DNA of 38,577 nt from Nitrospiraceae bacterium (GCA_035253365.1 DATFCE010000313.1:1-38577), one strand, 5' to 3'. Shown: positions 27,001-35,323, numbered from the stretch's first letter. Notes: a model not told the origin generated them from the letters alone. A program made the numbers and translations.

Positions 27001-28599
27001 AAACAGAAAGGCAACGGAACGCGCATTGCCTTCACACATGGCGGAGATGACGTGTCGCGGATCCTTGCTCTTCAGTAGCCGTCCCGCTTCCGCGGTTTCC
27101 TTTGTATCGGCGACCAAATACCGCCGGTACGGCATCTCTTTTCGGCCCACCCGCAGCGTGTACGCGACATCGGCGAGCGACACATCCGGGTGCCGGGCAA
27201 GATGATCGCCAAGCCGCGCACTCATGTCATCCAACGGTGCGGCGCCACGTGCCGAAAACCCAATAATTTGGTAGGGGCGTGATGGGCCGCTCGCCTTCCT
27301 TTCGGGAGCCTCCTCGAGAAGGACATGCGCGTTCGTTCCGCCTATACCGAAAGAACTAACTCCTGCTCGACGCACCCGGCAGTGAGGTTCCCAATCCAGA
27401 AGAGCGACATTCACAAAGAACGGACTGTTCGCGATGTCGATCTTCGGGTTGGGCCGCTCGAAATACAGGCTTGGTGGAATCTGCTTATGCTCCAGGGATA
27501 GCACGCATTTGATTAAGCCTGCCGCGCCCGCCGCCGAATCCATGTGGCCGACGTTTGATTTCACGGAACCCAAGGCGCAATACTGCGTGCGCTTGGCCTT
27601 ACGATAGGCTTCGGTCAATGCTGAGAATTCGATCGGGTCGCCGAGCGGCGTGGCCGTGCCATGCGCTTCGAGCATGGTGATCGTTTCGGGATTGACGTTG
27701 GCCATCGACAGCGCCATCGCGATCACCTCCGCTTGCCCGCGGACACTGGGCGCGGTGTACCCGACCTTGGCCGATCCATCGTTATTCAAGCCATAACCCC
27801 GAATCACCGCGCGAATAGGGTCGCCGTCGGCTACCGCCTCCGACATCCGCTTCAACAGAACAATCGCCACCCCGTTTCCGCCCACCGTGCCCTTCGCACT
27901 CGCGTCGAATGAACGGCAGTGCCCGTCCGGCGAAGAGATGCCGCCTTCTTCGTAGACGTAGCCCCGCTTCTGAGGAATGCCAATGGTTGCGCCTCCCGCC
28001 AACGCCATGTCGCACTGGTAATCGAGAAGGTTTTGGCATGCCATTGAGATGGCAACCAATGACGTCGAGCATGCGGTCCCGACCGTGACCGCAGGTCCCC
28101 TCAATCCGAGTTTGTAGGCCACCCGGGTGCTCAAGTGATCCTTATCGTTACTGATCAAAATTTGAAAGTCGTTGACGACGCCGGCGAGCCGAGGATTGTT
28201 GTAAAGATTAAAGGCGTACGTGCTCATGGTCGTGCCGCCGAAAACGCCGATCAATCCGGGATAACCGTCCGGATTGTAGCCCCCATCCTCCAGGACTTCC
28301 CATGCGCATTCCAAGAACAAGCGCTGCTGCGGGTCCAGAATCTCCGCGTCGCGCGGATTGAGGCTGAAAAAGCCGGCGTCGAATAAATCGATGTCCGCGA
28401 CCATTCCATTCGCCCGGACGTAATTAGGTCGGTCGAGGTCTTGTGCGCGAACGCCGGCCTCCAACAACTCCTGGTCCGAAAAGAAGGTGATGCAATCCCG
28501 GCCCGACCGTAAGTTGGTCCAAAACTCATTCACATCCCGAGCTCCGGGGAATCGGCCGCTCAAGCCGATAATCGCGATGCTTTCGGTTCCTTCACTCAT
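24061..28599 (-). CDS. type I PKS module: KS-AT(malonyl-type)-KR-carrier protein
   Basis: KS: GTACSTSLVA, EAHGTATPLGDPIE, GSVKSNVGH. AT: FLFPGQGAQY, GHSIGEYVAA, HAFHS. KR: YLITGGLGMIGL and catalytic YAAAN. Carrier: FFELGGHSLLAIQ. No DH HxxxGxxxxP motif seen. ATGA overlaps at both ends. Confidence 0.95.
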   Translation of the reverse strand: MSEGTESIAIIGLSGRFPGARDVNEFWTNLRSGRDCITFFSDQELLEAGVRAQDLDRPNYVRANGMVADIDLFDAGFFSLNPRDAEILDPQQRLFLECAWEVLEDGGYNPDGYPGLIGVFGGTTMSTYAFNLYNNPRLAGVVNDFQILISNDKDHLSTRVAYKLGLRGPAVTVGTACSTSLVAISMACQNLLDYQCDMALAGGATIGIPQKRGYVYEEGGISSPDGHCRSFDASAKGTVGGNGVAIVLLKRMSEAVADGDPIRAVIRGYGLNNDGSAKVGYTAPSVRGQAEVIAMALSMANVNPETITMLEAHGTATPLGDPIEFSALTEAYRKAKRTQYCALGSVKSNVGHMDSAAGAAGLIKCVLSLEHKQIPPSLYFERPNPKIDIANSPFFVNVALLDWEPHCRVRRAGVSSFGIGGTNAHVLLEEAPERKASGPSRPYQIIGFSARGAAPLDDMSARLGDHLARHPDVSLADVAYTLRVGRKEMPYRRYLVADTKETAEAGRLLKSKDPRHVISAMCEGNARSVAFLFPGQGAQYLNMARGVYENEPVFRRVLDECCAMLAPQLGCGLQSLLFSSSDDDPAQTEMLQQTWVTQPAVFAISYAYARLWMHWGVRPASMIGHSIGEYVAACLAGVFSLEDALRIVAVRGRVVNAMPPGAMLAVGKPADELQPWLHADLDLAAVNAPSLSVVSGLAERVAMLEQELRSQGVSVTRLHTSHAFHSRLVEDARRPLEEAIAAVTRNAPTIRFLSNVTGNWITAEQAQSPSYWSAHLRSTVRFADGLTHLLHEPGTILLEVGPGTALAGLVRQHPLKRASHQVLSSARHPLNRACDERVLLETLGRLWIEGTPINWTAFYESESRSRMRLPTYPFDRKRYWIDAPPETEIMPDRLTSGRLPLDEWFYTPRWVRDQPVPALNPDTPERWFVLGSAGELTDSICEQLRAAGQHVVRVNSGRSFKEVAPHEFEAPVEDAQALRDLMGRLTVGDPPPRRILHLWNLEQGADAFYSVLRTLQAAAGELKTSPLNAVFVTVRGQKVLSKDVVAANQAMAYAPALTMGQEYPHVRCRVVDMEDRTPAPAGEAAQHLIDEAAQDEAATMVAYRGHQRWRLAYEPVALAAPPDRRYPGTYLITGGLGMIGLLFAEFLARRGAQDIVLVGRSGLPAREVWDDVIEEPVRSRIHKIRAIETHGAAVTIEAADVGDRAAMADVFTRHRFDGIIHGAGYTRADAFLSLSELDTGRCTAHFLSKVEGTRIIAEQARRHSPDFICCLSSLSAVLGGLGFTAYAAANQYMDAFVSTQCSNGQTRWVSINWDGWMPDGDPLALEQAKSDPVILPEEGTEALERILAADDVHQVVVSTSELGRRLEQWASPVWNHREKSASPASPSHPRPSVSTDFEAPAEGKEHYVAEVWRDLLGLDRVGANDNFFELGGHSLLAIQVISRLRDALGRNIGVRVLFDHPTVRELAAVLEEKNTDLVAPDMIDLLEKVEQMSDEEARSLLGTSEAPADGGV

Positions 28600-31500
28600 G
28601 CAGGATCTCCTCTGTGCGCCGCGGCTCGGGACCCCCGTCTGACGCGTGCAAGCCGTTGTTTGGCAGCCCGGTCTTCGAGATGCTCGAAGACCTCCTCAGT
28701 CGGCCTGGATTGCATGCAGCCATCCGACCCGAGGTGAACCGCCAGCGCTTCCACTGTGGGACACCGGAATAGGTCGACCATGGACAATGAACGCGCCAGC
28801 ACTTCCTGCAGGCGGCTGTGTACTTGCACCAACAGAAGGGAATGCCCGCCTAGGTCGAAGAAGTTGTCATGACGGCCGACGCGCTCGACCTGTAGCACTT
28901 CGCGCCAAATCGCGGCAATCACCTGCTCGACTTCGGACTGCGGCTCCGCGTAATTGTCGGCCGGACGCCAATCGGTGTCGACCGGCGCTTGTAAAGCCTT
29001 CCGGTCGATCTTACCGTTCGCGGTCATCGGGAAAGACGCCATGGGCACGATCACGGCCGGCACCAGGTAGTCTGGCAATTGTTGCTGAGCATAACGCCGG
29101 ACCTGTGCGGCGGCGGTTGTAGACGGTCCGTTCGGCATCGTGACGTAGCCGATGATTTGTTTCTCGCCGGTCTCGTCGCGCAACAGCACGCACGCTTCCC
29201 CGACCAAAGGATGCTGCCTGAGCGTGGATTCAATGTCCCCAAGCTCCACGCGGAAGCCGCGGATCTTGATCTGGCGATCCTGGCGTCCTAGAAATTCGGC
29301 GGTCCCATCCGCGCGATACCGCGCCCGATCGCCGGTTTTGTACAACCGCCGCTTGCTATTGTTGGGCGCGAACGGATGCGGAATGAATCGTTCATTCGTC
29401 AATTGGACGTCATTAAGATAGCCTTGCGCGACGCCTTCGCCTCCGATATACAGTTCGCCGGCGACTCCGGTGGGAACAATCTGCCGTTCGCGATCCAAGA
29501 TAAACAGTTCGCTGTTGGCGATGGGTCGCCCGATCGGCACGGGACCCTCGATGCGGTCGCCATGTTTCATGCGATGGCAAGCCGCAAAGGTGGTCGTCTC
29601 GGTCGGACCGTATCCGTTGATCACCACGCATCCGGGTAATTCGTCAAGTACGGTCTGGCAATGCGAAGGTGACAACACATCACCGCCCGCGAGCAACTGG
29701 CGCACGCCCCAGAGTGAGCCGAGCTGGCTTTCCACCATATTGTGAAACAGGCCGGCGGTCAGCCACACGGTTGTGACGCCGCTGCGCTCGATAAAAGAGC
29801 CAAGCTCTTCGAGCGAGGGCATCCCGGGCGGAAACACTTCGAGGCAAGCGCCATTTAACAAAGCTCCCCAGATCTCGAACGTCGACGCATCGAATTGCAG
29901 CGGGGCGAAACACAGAAGCTTTTCAGTCGGGCCGAATTCACAGTAATCGGTGTTGCGCACAAGCCGGACGACGTTGCGCTGGGTCACGCAGACGCCTTTC
30001 GGCTTACCCGTTGATCCCGAGGTGTACAGAATATAGGCCAGTGAGTCGGGCGTTGCGACCGTCTCGAGATTCGAGCCGTCGCCAGCCGCTTCACCGACAT
30101 CCACGACGGCGCACTGTAGCGCTTTCGCAAGACTGTCCGCCGCCTCGCGAGAATCGCCACGCGTGATGATGACGTTCGGACCGGCGTCCTTCGCCAGCGC
30201 GAGAAGCCGGGCTTGTGGATACGCGGGATCCAACGGCAGATACGCTCCGCCGGCCTTGATGGTGGCCAGCACCGCGAGTATTTGGTCGGCTGACCGCGGG
30301 ATACTAATTCCCACCGCCTGCCCCGGCGAAACCCGGAGTTGGCGCAAGACCTGCGCCAGCCGGTTTGCCCGTCCGTTCAACTCCGCGTACGACCATTCGC
30401 CCTGGAGGCTGTTCACCGCAACAGAACGCGCGTGCGCCGCGGCCTGTTCTTCAAACAGCTCCTTAATCGTCTTGTCTTTTGGGTATTGGCGCGCCGACCG
30501 GTTGAACTCCACGAGGAGCTTATGCCGTTCCTGAGCAGTGAGGATCGGCAATCGCGACACCGGCAGATCGGGGTTCGATAAAATGCTCTGGAGCAGGACG
30601 AACCAATGACCCGCCATGCGCCTGATTGTCTCGTCGTCGAAAAGGTCCGTGCTGTACTCGAAGATGCACGACAGTCCGGTGTCGGTTTCCGCCAGATATA
30701 GCGTCAGATCAAACTTCGACGTGCCGTAATGGATATCGCCGGTGGCGGCCGCACATGCCTGATAAGCGGGCGATGCCGCGATGTCGCCGGCGCGGGCGAT
30801 ACTATTTTGGAGGACGAACATGACTTGAAAAAGCGGATTACGGCTGAGGTCGCGCTGGGGATGCAGCTCTTCCACCAGCTTTTCGAACGGCAGGTCCTGA
30901 TTGGAATAGGCTTCTAACGCCGTTTCCCGAACGCGGCGCACCACTTCCACGAACGTCGGGGCGCCGCCCAGATTCGTCCGCATCACGAGGGTGTTCACGA
31001 AAAATCCGATCAGCGGCTCGAGTTCCGGCCGGCTGCGATTCGCAATCGGGGTGCCCACGACGATGTCCTCTTGCCCCGTGTACCGCATCATCAACGTCTG
31101 AAACGCCGCCAGTAGCGTCATAAACAGCGTGGCGCCTTCGCGCTGGCTCAGGCGGCGCATCCCCTCGATGATTGGGGGAGGCATGTCGGCAGACAGATAC
31201 CCGCCGCGATAACTCGGCAGACTGGGACGCGGGCGATCGGTGGGCAGATCCAATGCCGGCAGTCCACTGAGATGCTTGCGCCAGTACTGAAGCTGGTCGT
31301 CAAGTTTTTCACCTGACAGCCGCTCTCTTTGCAACACCGCAAACTCGGGATATTGGATCGGCAACTCCGCCAAGGGCGAAGGTCGTCCATCCGCGAACGC
31401 ATCGTAGAGAACCGCGATCTCTCGTGCCAGCACGTCCATAGACCACCCATCCGACACGATGTGATGCATGGTCAGCAAAAAGACGTACGCCGCCTCCTGC

Positions 31501-31883
31501 ATCCGCACGAGGGTACCGCGCAATAAGGGACCGGTGGACAGATCAAAGAGCTGCCGCGAATCCGCGTCTGCTATCCTCTCCAATTCCGGTCCTCGCTCTG
31601 ATTCCGGCAAAGGCGACAAGTCGACGGTCGGAATCGGAACCTCCATCGAGTTCGACACGAACTGCACCGGCTGACCATCCACCGCATGAAACGTCGTTCG
31701 TAACGCCTCATGCCGCCGGATGATTTCCGCGAAGGCCTCCCGCCATGCGGATTCGTCTACCGCAAATGGTAACGGGATGTCGATCTGAAGGTTGTAGAGC
31801 GGGCTATCGGGCGCGACTCGATTGAGGAACCACAGTCGCTCCTGGCCGAATGACAATGGGTACACGCTGTGGTCAATGGTCAC
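28596..31883 (-). CDS. NRPS module C-A-PCP (hand-derived specificity code DAFWLGGTFK, Val-like)
   Basis: C: SFGQERLWFL, HHIVSDGWS. A: YTSGSTGKPKGV, FDASTFEIW, NGYGPTETT, GELYIGGEGVAQGYL, YKTGDRA, GRQDRQIKIRGFRVELGDIE, LPDYLVP, NGKIDRKAL. PCP: FFDLGGHSLLLVQ. Confidence 0.95.
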   Translation of the reverse strand: MTIDHSVYPLSFGQERLWFLNRVAPDSPLYNLQIDIPLPFAVDESAWREAFAEIIRRHEALRTTFHAVDGQPVQFVSNSMEVPIPTVDLSPLPESERGPELERIADADSRQLFDLSTGPLLRGTLVRMQEAAYVFLLTMHHIVSDGWSMDVLAREIAVLYDAFADGRPSPLAELPIQYPEFAVLQRERLSGEKLDDQLQYWRKHLSGLPALDLPTDRPRPSLPSYRGGYLSADMPPPIIEGMRRLSQREGATLFMTLLAAFQTLMMRYTGQEDIVVGTPIANRSRPELEPLIGFFVNTLVMRTNLGGAPTFVEVVRRVRETALEAYSNQDLPFEKLVEELHPQRDLSRNPLFQVMFVLQNSIARAGDIAASPAYQACAAATGDIHYGTSKFDLTLYLAETDTGLSCIFEYSTDLFDDETIRRMAGHWFVLLQSILSNPDLPVSRLPILTAQERHKLLVEFNRSARQYPKDKTIKELFEEQAAAHARSVAVNSLQGEWSYAELNGRANRLAQVLRQLRVSPGQAVGISIPRSADQILAVLATIKAGGAYLPLDPAYPQARLLALAKDAGPNVIITRGDSREAADSLAKALQCAVVDVGEAAGDGSNLETVATPDSLAYILYTSGSTGKPKGVCVTQRNVVRLVRNTDYCEFGPTEKLLCFAPLQFDASTFEIWGALLNGACLEVFPPGMPSLEELGSFIERSGVTTVWLTAGLFHNMVESQLGSLWGVRQLLAGGDVLSPSHCQTVLDELPGCVVINGYGPTETTTFAACHRMKHGDRIEGPVPIGRPIANSELFILDRERQIVPTGVAGELYIGGEGVAQGYLNDVQLTNERFIPHPFAPNNSKRRLYKTGDRARYRADGTAEFLGRQDRQIKIRGFRVELGDIESTLRQHPLVGEACVLLRDETGEKQIIGYVTMPNGPSTTAAAQVRRYAQQQLPDYLVPAVIVPMASFPMTANGKIDRKALQAPVDTDWRPADNYAEPQSEVEQVIAAIWREVLQVERVGRHDNFFDLGGHSLLLVQVHSRLQEVLARSLSMVDLFRCPTVEALAVHLGSDGCMQSRPTEEVFEHLEDRAAKQRLARVRRGSRAAAHRGDPA

Positions 31884-32664
31884 GAGTTGTCGCTCCTCCT
31901 GATGAATCCGAAACTCGACTTGGCGCCGTCTTCAACTCACTCGCGATCGCCTCACCGACCAAGTCGGGCTTCTCATAAAGAAAAAAGTGATTCCCCGGAA
32001 ACAAACGCAGCCGGAAAGGGCCCGTCGTATGCCGTTTCCATGCGACCATCTGAATCCGAGATACACGCCGATCCGATAGGCCGCCGAGGCATGTGATCGC
32101 ACAACTGAGCGGCGCCTCCGCTCGGTAGGAATAGTTTTCACAAATCCGCAGATCTGCCCGCAGCACAGGCATCAACAACCCGAGCAGATCCCTGTCACGC
32201 AAGACTTCAATGGGCGTGCCTTGCAAGCGCAGAAGCTCGGCGCGAAGCAAAAGATCGGGCAGCCGATGGATGGGCGGACGGGTTGTCGGCAGATGCGGCG
32301 CGCCATATGCCGAGATGAAGATATGTTGCGGACCGGGCAGATTCTTACGTCGCATGAGCCTGGCCAATTCAAAGGCGACAAGCCCGCCCATGCTGTGGCC
32401 CAGAAACGCAAAGGGCTTATGCAAATCGCTTGGCATCGAACCGGCGAGGTATTCCACCAACTCATCCATATTCGAGGGAATCTCATCGGTAAATCGCCCC
32501 TCTCTTCCCGGCAAGACTACCGGCACGACATCGGCGGTGTTTTGCCATTTTTCCCGCCACGATCGAAAGCACGACGGTCCGGCGCCGGCGTGGGGAAAGC
32601 AGAACAACCGAACACGAGCGCGCAGTGATTTGGGGTGATGGCCCTTTGTCATACGGGACATCAC
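31873..32664 (-). CDS. type II thioesterase
   Basis: 263 aa. LFCFPHAGAG and nucleophile elbow GHSMGG. Overlaps the NRPS start by 11 nt. Confidence 0.9.
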   Translation of the reverse strand: MMSRMTKGHHPKSLRARVRLFCFPHAGAGPSCFRSWREKWQNTADVVPVVLPGREGRFTDEIPSNMDELVEYLAGSMPSDLHKPFAFLGHSMGGLVAFELARLMRRKNLPGPQHIFISAYGAPHLPTTRPPIHRLPDLLLRAELLRLQGTPIEVLRDRDLLGLLMPVLRADLRICENYSYRAEAPLSCAITCLGGLSDRRVSRIQMVAWKRHTTGPFRLRLFPGNHFFLYEKPDLVGEAIASELKTAPSRVSDSSGGATTRDH

Positions 32665-32668
32665 ACGA

Positions 32669-34216
32669 TCAACCGGTGCTCGTCAACATATCCTCGATCT
32701 GCCGGCAAGCCTTGGCCAAATCGGCGCCCAGTTCCGCGAGCGTTTCCTGATGCTTCCCGCGCATGGATTTCAGCCGCTGCGCCGCATCTTTCTGCTTGGC
32801 GGCCGCCGACTGCAATGGTGCGGCATTGACGAGCCCCGCGCCCTGCAACTCCACAGGCAACCGCAAATCCCGCGCCGACACCGAGAGAATCTCTCTCACG
32901 CTCAACATTTGATTGAGATCACCGGTCCTCAATTGCGGATACGCTGAAAGGGCAAGCGCGGCGGCGCCCGCGACGAAGGGACATGCGACAGACGTCCCAT
33001 CCCACGCAGCATAACCCTGCGGTACGGTCGAAATAACAGCTACCCCAGGCGAGCAGAATCCAATCTCAGGCCCGACACTCGAGAAGTTGCCGAAGAACAG
33101 TCCCGTTTCGGGATTCGCCAACGAACTCACTCGCAGCGCATGCCCGCTGTCCGCGGGGAATGTCGTCAAATGTCCTATTGCGGACACGGCAATGACGCCC
33201 TCGATCATAGCCGGATACCTGACTGCACCGCCATCATTGCCGGCCGCAGCCACACAAATAATGCCTCGCTGAATCGCGGCGCCGACCACTTCCGCAAGAG
33301 CCGCACTTGACTGCGTCATCGCCAAGCTCATACTGATGACGTCCATCCGGTTGTCGACGGCCCATTGAATGCCTTCCAGCAAATCGCTTAACTTGCCGCG
33401 TGGAAACACCTTGACGGAATAGAGATCGACGTCGGGGGCGACACCCGTCGCTCCCGCTGACATGCTCCGTCCGGCAATGATACCCGCGCAGTGCGTTCCA
33501 TGTCCGTCATCATCCCGCTGGAAATCGGTTGGATTCTCTTCGTCGAGGCAGTTCACGCCTCCTTTCACAACCAGGTCAGGGTGCTTGGCGACTCCGCCGT
33601 CGATGACGGCAACCTTCACGCCTGAACCTGTCGCCACCATCCTTCCCGGCGATACCCCGAGCAGTTCCAGCGGCCACGCCTTGGGTCCTGGCGGCTGCAA
33701 CACATCCAGCCCGACTGCGGTCATTTCCCCGAATGCCGGCGCCGCGGTGACCTTCGACCAGTAATTTGCCCGTGGCGAAAGAATGATGTGCCGCAACTCA
33801 TTCTCAAACACTTTGACACTTGCCTTTCCGTCCCGTCCCGTCTCAGCCCTGTACGTCGCTCTATTGCCTACCGCAAAGATCGTGACATCTTCGACGGGCT
33901 TCTGCGTGTCTCCCGCCAGCACCTGAAAATCGAGTGATCGGGCGATACCTTCCTCAATTCGAAAACCGAGAGCGGGCATCGGCATCAAGATTTGCAAGTC
34001 CTGGTCTTCCTCCAACCCGATGACCGAATCATTGCGCGTTAATTCCGCCGCTTCAGCCGGAGTCAATTCCATCACCGCATGCCCGCTTTTCAACCTTCGC
34101 ACAATCCGGTCCTTCGGCATGAGTGGAGCTACATCCGATTCAGTCTTCTCTGCGCCGGCCTTGCCCTTTGCCGTAGGCGCTCGATGCGTGACTACGTATC
34201 GTTTCTTACTTGCCAT
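32669..34216 (-). CDS. S8 (subtilisin-family) serine peptidase, no signal peptide detected
   Basis: Catalytic triad motifs VAVIDGGV (D), HGTHCAGII (H) and GTSVACPFVAGAAAL (S). I9-like propeptide, an inserted ~100-aa domain and a ~70-aa C-terminal tail. SD GGAGG lies 5 nt before ATG 34216 (the track start is 34252). Its stop is 4 nt from the thioesterase start. Confidence 0.9.
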   Translation of the reverse strand: MASKKRYVVTHRAPTAKGKAGAEKTESDVAPLMPKDRIVRRLKSGHAVMELTPAEAAELTRNDSVIGLEEDQDLQILMPMPALGFRIEEGIARSLDFQVLAGDTQKPVEDVTIFAVGNRATYRAETGRDGKASVKVFENELRHIILSPRANYWSKVTAAPAFGEMTAVGLDVLQPPGPKAWPLELLGVSPGRMVATGSGVKVAVIDGGVAKHPDLVVKGGVNCLDEENPTDFQRDDDGHGTHCAGIIAGRSMSAGATGVAPDVDLYSVKVFPRGKLSDLLEGIQWAVDNRMDVISMSLAMTQSSAALAEVVGAAIQRGIICVAAAGNDGGAVRYPAMIEGVIAVSAIGHLTTFPADSGHALRVSSLANPETGLFFGNFSSVGPEIGFCSPGVAVISTVPQGYAAWDGTSVACPFVAGAAALALSAYPQLRTGDLNQMLSVREILSVSARDLRLPVELQGAGLVNAAPLQSAAAKQKDAAQRLKSMRGKHQETLAELGADLAKACRQIEDMLTSTG

Positions 34217-34354
34217 GATGCCTCCAAGCCTGAAGCGGAGTCGGCCAGTCAATTTTCCGTGGAATGCCGTTTGAGGCTTCCGCGAAACTGAGGATTGTAG
34301 ACCTGTGGTCCGACCAGTGCAGTTGAGCTATGCCATTTCCTGGAAGGAAACCTG

Positions 34355-34891
34355 CTACAGGTACGCGTATTCCTCGAGTGTGAGTCCGGCTTGGGCTAGC
34401 TCCGCCTCTAACTGCTGCAAGTAGGCGTATTCATCGGGGGTGAGCCCGGCTTGGGCCAGCTCCGCTTCCTGTTGCCGCAGATGCGCGTATTCCTCCGGCG
34501 TGAGCCCCGCCTGGGCCAGCTCCGCCTCCACCTGCTGCAAGTAGGCGTATTCATCGGGGGTAAGCCCGGCTTGGGCCAGCTCCGCTTCCTGTTGCTGCAG
34601 ATGCGCATATTCCTCCGGCGTGAGCCCCGCCTGGGCCAGCTCCGCCTCTACCGCAGCTGACAATTCCGCTTCATGTGCGGCGGCAAGTTCCGCCTCATAG
34701 GCTGCTATCCCTTCCATGTATGCCTGCTGTTCCAATACCGCCAAATCTTCAAGCGTCGGCTGTTGAGCAGCCGCCTGCTCATTCAGGTGAGCCAGCATGG
34801 CCTGTTCGGCGTGCATCTGCTGAATGATTGCCATCTCCTCGGCCGCAGCCTGTTGCAGATACAACGCCTCTTGTAAAGAAAGTGAGTACAT
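34355..34891 (-). CDS. A/E/Q-rich protein with about 4.85 tandem 20-aa repeats (EAELAQAGLTP[ED]EYA[HY]L[QR]Q[QVL])
   Basis: 178 aa. The repeat region keeps the reading frame. Its ATG is 3 nt after the stop of the upstream ORF. No signal peptide and no known family. Confidence 0.6.
   Translation of the reverse strand: MYSLSLQEALYLQQAAAEEMAIIQQMHAEQAMLAHLNEQAAAQQPTLEDLAVLEQQAYMEGIAAYEAELAAAHEAELSAAVEAELAQAGLTPEEYAHLQQQEAELAQAGLTPDEYAYLQQVEAELAQAGLTPEEYAHLRQQEAELAQAGLTPDEYAYLQQLEAELAQAGLTLEEYAYL
34358..34648. repeat. 60-nt tandem repeat (about 4.85 copies) with a 120-nt alternating super-period
   Basis: Near-identical 60-mers are visible directly, e.g. tgagcccggcttgggccagctccgcttcctgttgc[ct]gcagatgcgc[ag]tattcctccggcg alternating with tgagccccgcctgggccagctccgcctcc. 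Confidence 0.9.
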
Positions 34892-34894
34892 GCG

Positions 34895-35323
34895 TTACCT
34901 CCTGTGCGAACGCCGTTTCGGCCCTTTCTTACCAGGGGCCGCAGTGGCGTGTGTGCGTTCCCCTGGCGCGCCTTTTTCATGAGCAACGTTCGACGCGGTT
35001 ACGTTCTTGTGCACCTCTTCGAGAACCGGTTTGCAATAAGCCAGCAGTCGTTTCAGTGCATATTGAACTTCTACACGGTTCTTTTGTTGCAATTCAGGCG
35101 GCAAGGATTTGCCCTCTTCAAGCGCACGTCGGCATTCGGAAATTTGCAGCCGGGCTTGATCTCGCGCCAATTGTGCTTGGCAAATGAGAGAAGAGATTTG
35201 AGAGATCGGTCGATCCGGTGAGGTCCCTTGCTCACCAGACTCGGACACCTGCGCGATCTTTCTGTAACCCGCCAAGAAGGCGCTTTCAAGTCGAAGACGC
35301 ACATCATCTGCTGGCTTACCCAT
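34895..35323 (-). CDS. hypothetical protein with basic C-terminal tail; first gene of the NRPS/PKS operon
   Basis: 142-aa ORF. SD GGAGGG lies 4 nt upstream of the ATG, and a promoter-like element lies upstream. No recognisable motifs. Confidence 0.5.
   Translation of the reverse strand: MGKPADDVRLRLESAFLAGYRKIAQVSESGEQGTSPDRPISQISSLICQAQLARDQARLQISECRRALEEGKSLPPELQQKNRVEVQYALKRLLAYCKPVLEEVHKNVTASNVAHEKGAPGERTHATAAPGKKGPKRRSHRR

Noticed and set aside
20375-28599. Many long ORFs on the + strand or in other frames inside the NRPS/PKS genes, e.g. 21344..21994, 23755..24300, 23997..24668, 24865..25482 and 25489..26064.
   Set aside because: They are Arg/Pro/Gly/Ser-rich shadow ORFs typical of GC-rich coding DNA. 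They lack motifs and SD sequences, and they fully overlap genes with unmistakable NRPS/PKS core motifs.
34358-34648. Regular 60-nt repeats as a CRISPR array.
   Set aside because: The repeats are contiguous with no unique spacers. They keep a single long reading frame and encode a 20-aa periodic protein. No cas genes are in the window.
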